Below are positions 48,543 through 57,876 of a stretch of 64,000 bases of DNA, piece by piece. Below the pieces are notes generated by a model, which saw nothing but the letters and a program-made list of their open reading frames with translations, did not search any database and was not told where the DNA came from. Made by a program: the position numbers and the translations under genes. The DNA is taken from the NCBI GenBank assembly GCA_964422025.1, contig CAYQYZ010000001.1, positions 184,200-248,199 of the forward strand, given 5' to 3'. Numbering within the stretch: position 1 is the stretch's first letter; the number at the start of each line of letters is the position of its first letter. Origin of the DNA: an uncultured Gammaproteobacteria bacterium (GTDB lineage Bacteria > Patescibacteriota > Microgenomatia > UBA1406 > HO2-37-13b).

Positions 48543-50507
48543 ATGAATGTAGTCGTTTTTTTAGTATCGTGGATATTTTTTCTAATCTTTCAAACAACGA
48601 GTATTTATGGTGGCGATGCTGGCGATCTAGTGACTTCTGCTTATTTACATGGCGTAGCACATCCTCCCGGATTTCCACTGTATACATTGTTAGGATTTTT
48701 AGCTAGTAAGCTGCCATTCTCAACGGTAGCGTTTAGAGTAGGATTATTATCCTCGATAGCAGGTGCAGGAGTGATCACTGTGCTATTCATGTTTTTAAGA
48801 GATATTACTAAAGACACTAAGGCGAGTCTGCTTGCTGTGTGCTCGCTTGGAGGTACCTATCTGTTTTGGCTCTATGCATCTGTACCTGAAGTGTTCATGC
48901 TTCATAGCTTCTTTGTCGCGTTGTTAATATATCTTTTATATAAGTGGGACGCTACAAAAAAAGATCGATATATATCTATATTCACACTTGCTCTGGGACT
49001 ATCGCTTTCGCACCATTTACTCACCGCATTTCTGTTACCCGGCCTTATTTATTTTATTGTTTCCAATAAAAAAACACTCCCAAAACTCTCTCCTAAGTAT
49101 ATTGCAAAAAAAATAGGCTTGCTTGCAGCTGGTCTCACACCCTATCTATATATCTTTGCTGCAGCATTCACGATTCCTGCAATAAGTTGGGATAACGTAA
49201 CTACTATTCCAAACTTCTTTAATTTGATTCTACGAAAGACGTATGGAACCTTCCAATCAGGCCCTTCATTTGCTCAAAGCTTTGTTTCTCGCCTTATTCA
49301 ATTCCCATATATGGGGGAATTCATGCTTTCCGATTTTACAGTTGTAGGAGTTTTGCTTGCAATTGTCGGATTTGTGTCTCAATTTAGACTACGCAGAAAA
49401 TTGTGGAATTTTCTCTTCATTCTATTCTTTTTTATTGGACCGTTCTATTTCTTCTATGCATCGTATTACATTATTGATCGCTTTTCTCTAGCTACATTTG
49501 AGCGGTTTTTGCTTCCTTCATATATGATTATCACTATATGGATCGGTGAGGGGATTGTGGCGAGCATGCGCTTCCTAAGTCGATTTTCGAAAAAATCGCT
49601 TGCTCAGGCATTTTATATTCTTTTTCTTATACTCCCCGTTTCACTTTTCTTTATTAATTATCCTAAAGTTTCTGTTCTTAAAAACGATCGAACAGCAGAA
49701 AATCATGCTCATGATATTCTAATAACAGTTCCAAAGAATTCGGTCATGATTCTGCAATACGATACAACTCTCTTTGATACCCAATATGTATATTACACTC
49801 AAAAAGAGCGACCGGATGTTAAGCTAATCCATTTCTCCAAGTTATTCCAAGGCCAATTAACTGATCAAATTACTAAATATTACCCCGAGTTATATCTTCC
49901 CGGTAACGACGAAGAGGAGTTTATGGATGACTTTGTGCGTGAGAATGCAAAAAAATTTCCTATTTATGTGAATAGTCCACTTCCTATTGGGATAAAAGAT
50001 AGTTATTGGGTTCGACAAGGGTTACTCTTTAGATTCTACACTAAAGACACACTTCCACCGGCAAAAGAAATTTTTGCTGAAAATGAACGATTATGGGCAT
50101 TATATTCTGATCCACGTTCGGGAAGTCTTGGAAAATATGAAAACCTAATGCTTTCCAACGTGCTCGACTTTTATAAAGACGCGCGTCTAGAGCTGGGCAA
50201 AATGTATGAAGATGCACAGATGTATGAAAAAGCGCTCGTTCATTACAAACAGGCACAAAGACTGTTGCCTGAACTACCCGAAGGCCCGTATCGCATGGGA
50301 ATTGTGTATGCAAAACAGGGGAAGTGTAAGGAAAGCGAAAAAGAACTTGCGACGGCAATTGCAATCGATCCGAAAAATGCAGATTACTACTTTAGCATGA
50401 GTCAGGTATACAAAAGCTGTTTCAAAGATCTTTCAAAAGCTGCTGCTTACGAAAAAATGTATCAAGAAAAGCAGAACGCTTCGCAAGTACCAGTAGAAGA
50501 ATTATAA
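48543..50507 (+). CDS. DUF2723/TMEM260-like GT-C glycosyltransferase with C-terminal TPR
   Basis: GD.G.L..GVAHPPG.PLY, EV, HH; multiple TM segments; TPR. Confidence 0.85.
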   Translation: MNVVVFLVSWIFFLIFQTTSIYGGDAGDLVTSAYLHGVAHPPGFPLYTLLGFLASKLPFSTVAFRVGLLSSIAGAGVITVLFMFLRDITKDTKASLLAVCSLGGTYLFWLYASVPEVFMLHSFFVALLIYLLYKWDATKKDRYISIFTLALGLSLSHHLLTAFLLPGLIYFIVSNKKTLPKLSPKYIAKKIGLLAAGLTPYLYIFAAAFTIPAISWDNVTTIPNFFNLILRKTYGTFQSGPSFAQSFVSRLIQFPYMGEFMLSDFTVVGVLLAIVGFVSQFRLRRKLWNFLFILFFFIGPFYFFYASYYIIDRFSLATFERFLLPSYMIITIWIGEGIVASMRFLSRFSKKSLAQAFYILFLILPVSLFFINYPKVSVLKNDRTAENHAHDILITVPKNSVMILQYDTTLFDTQYVYYTQKERPDVKLIHFSKLFQGQLTDQITKYYPELYLPGNDEEEFMDDFVRENAKKFPIYVNSPLPIGIKDSYWVRQGLLFRFYTKDTLPPAKEIFAENERLWALYSDPRSGSLGKYENLMLSNVLDFYKDARLELGKMYEDAQMYEKALVHYKQAQRLLPELPEGPYRMGIVYAKQGKCKESEKELATAIAIDPKNADYYFSMSQVYKSCFKDLSKAAAYEKMYQEKQNASQVPVEEL

Positions 50508-52689
50508 TTCCATAACCCGCTATGGAGATGACGGCTGCAAGTGTACTATTCGTAGGCTTATATTCAAAACGCACGGTGTGTTTTCCTGCAGGCAACACAA
50601 TCGCTCGCTGATTTAAATTCGCCGCCAAAATCTCCGTCTGAGCGCCATCTACATATGCCTTCCATCCAGGGTAATATGAATCTGCGACAACGAGGAGACT
50701 TTCGTGTGTATTTGAAGTCGTAATGTGCAGCGACATGTCCGCGTCTTTAGTAATCTCTGTTTCTGAAGGACACATGGAGCTATTTTCACTGCATTCCTTA
50801 TTAAAAGACTTATCGATATTTCGTTCGAGAACTACATTATTTCCCATATTAAAAGGCGCAGAAACAAGCGTTTGTTGAATTGATTCAAGCGTATTAGCAA
50901 CCGAATAGTTATAAACCATGTGAGCCCGGGGAATAAAATGTTCATTTTCGTATACACCGTAAGCGGCAAGATTGCTCGGATTATTAGTAGTAGTGAACCT
51001 TTTTTTGATGGCATTATTTTGAATATTCTCAGGGGCCACCACGTAACGAACAGATGCAAGTCCCATCAAGCGTGCCGATGTAGTTGCAACATTTAATGTA
51101 TTAATTTTCGGCTCATGAATTCCTGCAGAAATGAGCGTGTTATACGCAAGTTGCCGATTTGTAAGTACTTTTCCAACATACGCATCATATTGATCAATGC
51201 CAGTTAGAATATTGTAATTAGGCGAAAGCCAGTTTCGGAAATATACGTAATTATTTTGTTCGCCCCAGCCGTTTTTCAGGAAATAATCAGTCCATGAATA
51301 TGAACCTAGCACAGAGTAAATTCTGCCTGGTGTATTTGATTTTTTTATATATTGTGCAGTTTGTGGATCCGAAAACCATTCTGAAGCTTTTCCAACTAAG
51401 TGATATCCGCACCAAACCATTAATATGTTGCTAATTGAGAGAATAACGAGCGCGATTCCGATTATCGCTCCCGCAGTCTGATTATCGCCTCGTTTGTAGT
51501 TCTTTATTCGATCTAATAATTCATCAAGTCCGATTGCTGCAAGGGTGCAAAGCGAGAATATAAACATAATAATATATCTCGAGGGAACCCGGAATTTGTT
51601 AAACGGTGGCAGCGTATGAATAAAATAAAACGGGGAGTATTTACCCGTCATAAGGAGTGCAGCGGAGATGAGTAAGAGACTTATAACAACGGTTTTTCTG
51701 TTTTTTCGAATCGTAAGAAGCGCAATTCCAGCAAGTAGCAAGGGAATTAATCCGATGTATCCAGTGTTTTCCCAAAAAATACTTCCATTTACTTTATTGT
51801 AGTGTGGGTACGTGCCATCTTTAGGAGACCCGAGCGCAAACGGATCAAGCATTGTCTTAAAATGTTTAATCGGATATGAATATTGAATATTTTCTGCGGG
51901 CGAAAGACCACTTTTTCGAGCGGTGCGATTAATAAGTTCAGATGTTGGAATTACTTGGATTGCACTAAGCGCAAGTGCACCTCCGATGAGAACTCCCATT
52001 ACTAGCGTGCGAAGTATTGTACTTCTCACCCCATCCTCTCTTTCTATCCACGCATCATACACAATATAGAGCGTTACAAAAATCCATGTTATGAATGCAA
52101 TTTGAGCATATCCGGCAAATATTTGTTGCGACATAAGGAGAATAGCCACAAGAGCATAGAACATTTTTTTCGTTGAGAAAAACTTGTCAACCACTAAGAA
52201 AATCCACGGAATGTAACTCGCAGTCAAAATCATATTCTGATGCGAAATATGCGTTATATAAAATCCTGAAAAAGCAAAAGTAATCGATCCTAAAAATGCA
52301 GCCCCGTACGACAGTCTAATATGTCGTAAAAAGAAGTACATTCCAGCAAACGAGAAGAAGTAAATAATAATAAATTGCAAATTAAAAGCGACCAAATGAG
52401 GAAAAAGGGAATAGAGCAATAGCGAAAATCCATTAAAAAAACCCATCTGACTTTCTGCCAGAATTGGAAATCCGGTTCCAATTGCACTTGTCCACCACGG
52501 AATAAATCCTCCATCAATAGCCTGCGACATCAGTAGCTTGACCGGCACATTAAATTGCCACAAATCCGAAACACCAACTTCTGGGGTAACGAAGAGGGAT
52601 AAGTTCGGGTAAAAAAGCGGAAGAAAGAAAATGCAAATAATTGCAAGCCCTATTAAGTTAAGTAGTATATCTGTATAATGTTTCTTCAC
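50422..52689 (-). CDS. YfhO-family membrane glycosyltransferase
   Basis: PWW...G.P..A, FR.P.R, YYPGWKAYVDG; start uncertain (GTG at 52689 preferred). Confidence 0.85.
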   Translation of the reverse strand: MKKHYTDILLNLIGLAIICIFFLPLFYPNLSLFVTPEVGVSDLWQFNVPVKLLMSQAIDGGFIPWWTSAIGTGFPILAESQMGFFNGFSLLLYSLFPHLVAFNLQFIIIYFFSFAGMYFFLRHIRLSYGAAFLGSITFAFSGFYITHISHQNMILTASYIPWIFLVVDKFFSTKKMFYALVAILLMSQQIFAGYAQIAFITWIFVTLYIVYDAWIEREDGVRSTILRTLVMGVLIGGALALSAIQVIPTSELINRTARKSGLSPAENIQYSYPIKHFKTMLDPFALGSPKDGTYPHYNKVNGSIFWENTGYIGLIPLLLAGIALLTIRKNRKTVVISLLLISAALLMTGKYSPFYFIHTLPPFNKFRVPSRYIIMFIFSLCTLAAIGLDELLDRIKNYKRGDNQTAGAIIGIALVILSISNILMVWCGYHLVGKASEWFSDPQTAQYIKKSNTPGRIYSVLGSYSWTDYFLKNGWGEQNNYVYFRNWLSPNYNILTGIDQYDAYVGKVLTNRQLAYNTLISAGIHEPKINTLNVATTSARLMGLASVRYVVAPENIQNNAIKKRFTTTNNPSNLAAYGVYENEHFIPRAHMVYNYSVANTLESIQQTLVSAPFNMGNNVVLERNIDKSFNKECSENSSMCPSETEITKDADMSLHITTSNTHESLLVVADSYYPGWKAYVDGAQTEILAANLNQRAIVLPAGKHTVRFEYKPTNSTLAAVISIAGYGIIILLLVLAKRSAFLDTFFRKQQLLKDL

Positions 52690-52708
52690 TGTATGTATCC
52701 TCTCCAGT

Positions 52709-52816
52709 AATGAAGAGAGGCTCGAGCGAAGATGATATTTTGCTAAGTCAATTGGGGCCCCTGAGGGGTGAATTGCGAGCAAAATACATCATCGAGCGAG
52801 AGAACCTTTCTTCATT
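52709..52816. repeat. 108-nt imperfect rod-like inverted repeat (candidate ncRNA or miniature element)
   Basis: Nested stems AATGAAGA/TCTTCATT, CTCG/CGAG, GATG/CATC, TATTTTGCT/AGCAAAATA, CAATT/AATTG, CCCC/GGGG. Confidence 0.75.
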
Positions 52817-52843
52817 GACCTTCTTTATGTTAAACTCTCCTCT

Positions 52844-53581
52844 ATGAGAACCCATTTTATCAAAGAAATCAAACAAATGGAGGACACGCATTGGTGGCAT
52901 CGAGCAAAACGAGAAATTATTGCATCGGTTATTCAAAAGGAAATTGATAAAAGTAAAAAGAAATTGCGAATTCTTGAAATTGGTGCCGGTACCAGTTTGC
53001 TCATTAAAGAATTCATTAACTCCGCAGAGACCTATGCGCTCGATCGCAGCAAAACCGCCCTGTCACTGAGCAAAAAAAATGGTATTGCAAATACGATCCA
53101 CGCAGATCTCGGCACATACACTGGCTTTAAGAAAAACTTTTATGATATTGTTGTTGCTGCCGATGTGTTAGAGCATTTAGAAGACGATTTGGGCGCCGCT
53201 AAGAAAATTTATCAGATGTTAAAAAAAGGCGGTGTTTTTATAATTCATGTTCCAGCTCATAAATCTCTATTTTCATATTGGGACGAATCATTGGGTCATT
53301 TTAGACGGTATGAAAAAAAGGATCTTCAAAAACTTATTAAAAGTTCTGGCTTTAATACATCTTTTCTTTCTTTCCGACTTCCAACTGTGTATCCATTTGT
53401 AAGATTATTTAGAAAATTCTCTAAAGAAACTAAACAGAGAAGAAAATCCGATTTTGAACAATTTTCATTCCTCAATTTTCCACTATATCTATTTACACGA
53501 GTGGAAGATGCTCTTATACGAAGAAAATCTATTAATCCTCCTTTTGGTTTATCGTTATTCGCAATCGCAAAAAAGAAATGA
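52844..53581 (+). CDS. Class I SAM-dependent methyltransferase
   Basis: ILEIGAG, DVLEHL.DD, H.RRY. Confidence 0.9.
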   Translation: MRTHFIKEIKQMEDTHWWHRAKREIIASVIQKEIDKSKKKLRILEIGAGTSLLIKEFINSAETYALDRSKTALSLSKKNGIANTIHADLGTYTGFKKNFYDIVVAADVLEHLEDDLGAAKKIYQMLKKGGVFIIHVPAHKSLFSYWDESLGHFRRYEKKDLQKLIKSSGFNTSFLSFRLPTVYPFVRLFRKFSKETKQRRKSDFEQFSFLNFPLYLFTRVEDALIRRKSINPPFGLSLFAIAKKK

Positions 53582-54288
53582 CGCTTTCAGTAATTGTTCC
53601 CGTATTTAACGAACAAGAGCGTTTTAATAATCCAGCAAAGCTACTTTACTCGTATTTACTCAAAACCTTTCCAAAATCTTCCTGGGAGTTAATTTTTGTC
53701 AATGATGGATCAAAAGATAACACGCTAGAATTTCTTAAAGAGTTTACTAAAAACAATCGAAAGTCACTCTACGTAACGTACAAAACAAATAGGGGAAAGG
53801 GGTATGCAATTTCAAAAGGTATTAAAAAAGCCAAAGGAACGTACGTCTTTTTCATGGATATCGATCTGTCGGTTAAACCGAAGGAGTTGCCTAAAGCGCT
53901 AGCAGCATTCAAAAAAAATAAGATGGATGTTGTTATTGGCTCCCGTAGGGTTGAAGGAAGTGTTATTCGCGTTCATCAGCCAAAACTCCGAGAAACCATG
54001 GGGCATTGCTATACTCTGCTAACGACAACACTCTTAGGACTCCCACTCTCTGACCTGACCTGCGGCTTTAAAGGGTTCAAGAAAAAAGTTGCAGAAGATA
54101 TTTTTAGAAAACTCACCGCAACTCGTTGGTCATTTGATGCAGAAGTTCTTTACAAAGCACACAAAAAAGGCTACGCTATATATGAACTGCCCGTAACATG
54201 GGAGCATGTCGGACAATCGAAAGTGAATATGGGTTTTGATGCTGTTCGATCGTTTATAGAAGTTTTAAAAGTAAGATTTCAAAAATGA
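53578..54288 (+). CDS. GT2 polyprenol-phosphate glycosyltransferase
   Basis: VP.FNE, NDGS.D, GKG.A, D.D, CGFK.F, FD.E. Confidence 0.9.
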   Translation: MTLSVIVPVFNEQERFNNPAKLLYSYLLKTFPKSSWELIFVNDGSKDNTLEFLKEFTKNNRKSLYVTYKTNRGKGYAISKGIKKAKGTYVFFMDIDLSVKPKELPKALAAFKKNKMDVVIGSRRVEGSVIRVHQPKLRETMGHCYTLLTTTLLGLPLSDLTCGFKGFKKKVAEDIFRKLTATRWSFDAEVLYKAHKKGYAIYELPVTWEHVGQSKVNMGFDAVRSFIEVLKVRFQK

Positions 54289-54671
54289 ATTTCTCCAAAC
54301 TTCATCATATTGCTATTATTTGCTCTAATTACGAAAGATCTAAAAAATTCTACACAGAAATCCTGGGTTTTAGAATAGTAAATGAAACCTATCGTAAAGA
54401 GCGAAACTCGTATAAGCTCGATTTAGCAATCAATGAGAGTACTCAAATCGAACTCTTTTCATTCCCCAATCCACCGGCTCGTCTAACCCGCCCAGAAGCC
54501 CAAGGTTTGCGTCATATTGCATTCACAGTGGAGAATATAGATTCGGTAGTTAAAGAGCTGAACGATGCAGGAGTAATCACTGAGAATGTACGAGTAGACG
54601 ATACAACAGGAAAACGATTCACATTCTTTTCCGATCCTGATGACTTGCCAATAGAAATCTACGAGGTTTAA
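54285..54671 (+). CDS. VOC/glyoxalase family protein (YaeR-like)
   Basis: HHIAIICS, IELFSF, GLRHIAF, DPD.LP.E. Confidence 0.9.
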   Translation: MNFSKLHHIAIICSNYERSKKFYTEILGFRIVNETYRKERNSYKLDLAINESTQIELFSFPNPPARLTRPEAQGLRHIAFTVENIDSVVKELNDAGVITENVRVDDTTGKRFTFFSDPDDLPIEIYEV

Positions 54672-56785
54672 AAGCTTTTCAATTCCCTCTGTACTTCCTC
54701 ATCATTCTTATCAAAAGTATTCAACATATACTGAAACACTGCTACAGCCTCATCCTTACGGCCAAGTTTCTTTAGAATCAATCCTCGTACATAATATCCA
54801 TCGCGATAATCAGATTTCATTTCAATGGCTCGATTAATCGATGTGAGACCGCGATCAGCCAACGACCGTTTTGCTTGTGCTTTATCTTTAAGCTCCTCAT
54901 TATCAAACTTTGCCAGGTAATATACTGCTCGCGAGTAAAGAATTTTAGGGTCTGTGGGAGCCAAAACTTGTGCAGCATCTACCGCCTTATCACTTAGCAC
55001 AAAATATGCCGGATCTAGCGTAATTTGGTAAAACAAATATAAGTTTTTTGCTCTAGTTTTCCAGAAAACCGGATTATACGGGCTTACTGCAAGCGCTTTA
55101 TCACTCATTTTCTCAGAAAGCGCAATAAGGTTCTTTATTTGTTCGTTCTTCTTATTTTCTTCACCCTGATCAAACGATGCTAAAAATGCCAAGTTTGCAT
55201 AGACACCTGAAAGCTTATCCTGATACAACGGCTCGCTTCGTAACGTAAGCGCACGCTCTAAATATACCCGTGACTTTTCATACTCCTGAATTTTCTGAAG
55301 ATTATCACCTTGGGCATAATTAATATCGGCCAATAAATAACTAACTACAAAAATCGCTCCGAAAATACAGGTTAATACCCCGACATATTGCGCTTTGTTC
55401 TTATTATGAGGAATATATTCTGGCAAAACTCGCTCTTGTTTAAGCCACGTGAAAGCAAACAACAACGCAGGGATTAAATAAAAGTAAATACTAATCGTTG
55501 TAGTCGCAAATCCAAAGAAATTGGTTACATGAATTGTTGAATAGGCAATAAGCATGGTGCTGACAAAATAAAAATGGTCATCGTGCTTTTTGCGACGGAT
55601 CAAATAGACCAGAAAATAACCGTATACGGCTCCAATAAGTAGCAGATACGAGCCAAGACCAATAAATCCGCTCGTCGCCAAAATATTCAAAAATTCATTG
55701 TGGGCCCGGTTGTAAATAAAATCCCATTCTGAAGTATTATTGTGTGCTGCTGGACGGGTAAAATAATAGGAATACGCAAATGTTTCGGGTCCTGTTCCCA
55801 AAGCAGGGTGTTTTAATCCTAATTTTATTGCTCCTTCCCACACAATCTTTCGAATATCAAACGATTCGGTTACGCCTGACGGAGCCTGTTGTTCAACCTT
55901 CTTAGTTTGTCCAAATGTTGGAAAGAACCGGTCGATTGATCCAATTCCAGTTTTGAAAAGAACGCAGCAAACAAGTAGCGTTCCTAAAAACAATACAGCC
56001 ATTTGTCGATCTTTTTTATCCTTTTTAGCCCAGAAATAAAGTGTCGTATATCCGGCAAGCCCTAGGAGTACGGCGAGGAGTGCAGATCGGCTTCGAGTAA
56101 ACAATATCGCTACAAAGCTCAAAACACTTAACGCACCATACCACATCCGCTGCCGTGCAACTAAATAATACAAGCTCATGAAGAACGTTACGCTCAAGTA
56201 TGCCCCGAGCCAATTAGGTTGTCCGAGCGTTGAAAACATGCGTACCGCAGGATTAAATTGATCCGTCCAACAGGCATTGTTTAAATTTCCCGTAAAGAGC
56301 AAACAGGTTAAATCATACCCGAGTTTTCCTGAAAGGCCCCACAAAATTACTAGTACGGAGGAGGCAAGCGAATAATGTATCAGTGTATGAACTGCATCAT
56401 CAACATACTCTTGAAATTGGTCGATATGAGAAACGAGTCCATAAAAGAGTACTAGAAAAGCAAAAATCGATAGCAATCCACCATCGAATCGTCCGTAATA
56501 GCCGTAAAACGAGGTGTGCTTATCGATCGAAAACACCGTCGCAAGAGTCTGCACTCCAACAAAGAGTAATAGGAATTTATCAAAAACCGTTCGCTTAAAT
56601 ACAAATTTTCCCGTTCCAATCCACTCATATAGCCACAATGAGAGTACACTTCCCGTGACTGCGTAAATGAACAACATTTTGTTAAACTCAAAAAGTTCGG
56701 ACGTTTTGTGGTACATTAATAGGGGAGTGACAAGAAAAAGGAGCTTGTAGCAAAGAAAGAAAAGTCGGTTAATTCGCGTTTTCAT
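54668..56785 (-). CDS. O-antigen ligase-like (Wzy_C / O-oligosaccharyltransferase) protein with TPR
   Basis: STLGQPN, T.SR, R..W, GTGPETF, AHNE. Confidence 0.88.
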   Translation of the reverse strand: MKTRINRLFFLCYKLLFLVTPLLMYHKTSELFEFNKMLFIYAVTGSVLSLWLYEWIGTGKFVFKRTVFDKFLLLFVGVQTLATVFSIDKHTSFYGYYGRFDGGLLSIFAFLVLFYGLVSHIDQFQEYVDDAVHTLIHYSLASSVLVILWGLSGKLGYDLTCLLFTGNLNNACWTDQFNPAVRMFSTLGQPNWLGAYLSVTFFMSLYYLVARQRMWYGALSVLSFVAILFTRSRSALLAVLLGLAGYTTLYFWAKKDKKDRQMAVLFLGTLLVCCVLFKTGIGSIDRFFPTFGQTKKVEQQAPSGVTESFDIRKIVWEGAIKLGLKHPALGTGPETFAYSYYFTRPAAHNNTSEWDFIYNRAHNEFLNILATSGFIGLGSYLLLIGAVYGYFLVYLIRRKKHDDHFYFVSTMLIAYSTIHVTNFFGFATTTISIYFYLIPALLFAFTWLKQERVLPEYIPHNKNKAQYVGVLTCIFGAIFVVSYLLADINYAQGDNLQKIQEYEKSRVYLERALTLRSEPLYQDKLSGVYANLAFLASFDQGEENKKNEQIKNLIALSEKMSDKALAVSPYNPVFWKTRAKNLYLFYQITLDPAYFVLSDKAVDAAQVLAPTDPKILYSRAVYYLAKFDNEELKDKAQAKRSLADRGLTSINRAIEMKSDYRDGYYVRGLILKKLGRKDEAVAVFQYMLNTFDKNDEEVQRELKSF

Positions 56786-56814
56786 ACTCGAGATGATTTA
56801 ATTATATACTACCT

Positions 56815-57873
56815 ATGAAATCAATACTAACTCATTTACGAAAAAATGCGAACGCAATTTTGAATGCAAACAGTATTGCAGTCGATTTTGGAACAACAAC
56901 AACTCGAATCGCAATTTTTGGAAAAGGAGTAGTTCTGCGCGAACCTACGTTTATTGGTCTGAATAACCGCACTAACGAATATATTTTCTTTGGAAACGAG
57001 GCTTACGAGATTTTTGGCAAGGCTCCATCATTCATTTCTATCATCCACCCGGTAGATTACGCAATTATTTCCGATTTCGACTCGTCGGTCAAACTCTTAG
57101 AGAGATTTTTCGAGAAAGCCGTACATCCGTTTTTTTTCAAAAACAGGCTTTTTAAATCTAAATATACTGCCTATACCACAGTTCCTGCGTCGGCTACAGA
57201 GGTGGAGCAGAGAGCAATAGAGGAAGCGTTAATTAAGGCAGGTGCGGGAAGCGTACGAATTCTAGAAAAATCTATTGCAACAGGGTACGGAGCAGATCTG
57301 CCCGTTTTTTCAAATGACCCGGCATTTATTATCGACTTAGGAGCAGGACTCATTGAAATGGCAATCGTTACCACCGGCGGCATTATTGCTTCAAAAACGG
57401 TTCGTTCAGGCGGTCTGGCCATGGACACCGTTATTAAAAACTACATTCATCTTAAATATGGAATGGTTATTGGGGAGTCTACAGCTCAAAAACTTAAAAA
57501 CGGACTCATGTCATTTGACGATGAAAAAAAGGTACTCACCGTTCGTGGAAAATCGCTTGAAAATGGCCTACCACGTTCAATACGAGTGACATCAGCCGAC
57601 GTTCGTGAAGCTCTCATCGCCAGTTTTAATGGAATTGTGGACGGAATCAAAGATATACTCGAAACGGTAGCTCCTGAAGTTGTTGATGGAATTGTAAAAA
57701 ACGGAATTACTCTCGCCGGAGGATTGGCCAATATTCCCGATATCGATAAATACATAATGCAAGACATTAAAATTCCGGTAAATGTTCCTGAAAACCCGCA
57801 AGACGCGACTATTCATGGAATACTCAAATTACTGGGGAATAAGGAGAGATTGGAACGAGTAATTATTCGGTAA
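56815..57873 (+). CDS. mreB: MreB-family rod-shape protein
   Basis: DFGT, I.DFD, P...TEVE, D.G.G, G.P, LAGG. Confidence 0.85.
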   Translation: MKSILTHLRKNANAILNANSIAVDFGTTTTRIAIFGKGVVLREPTFIGLNNRTNEYIFFGNEAYEIFGKAPSFISIIHPVDYAIISDFDSSVKLLERFFEKAVHPFFFKNRLFKSKYTAYTTVPASATEVEQRAIEEALIKAGAGSVRILEKSIATGYGADLPVFSNDPAFIIDLGAGLIEMAIVTTGGIIASKTVRSGGLAMDTVIKNYIHLKYGMVIGESTAQKLKNGLMSFDDEKKVLTVRGKSLENGLPRSIRVTSADVREALIASFNGIVDGIKDILETVAPEVVDGIVKNGITLAGGLANIPDIDKYIMQDIKIPVNVPENPQDATIHGILKLLGNKERLERVIIR

Positions 57874-57876
57874 ATT

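Noticed and set aside
52709-52835. Integron attC interpretation of the long hairpin (GTTAAAC at 52829)
   Set aside because: No matching RYYYAAC at the other end, no cassette array and no integrase.
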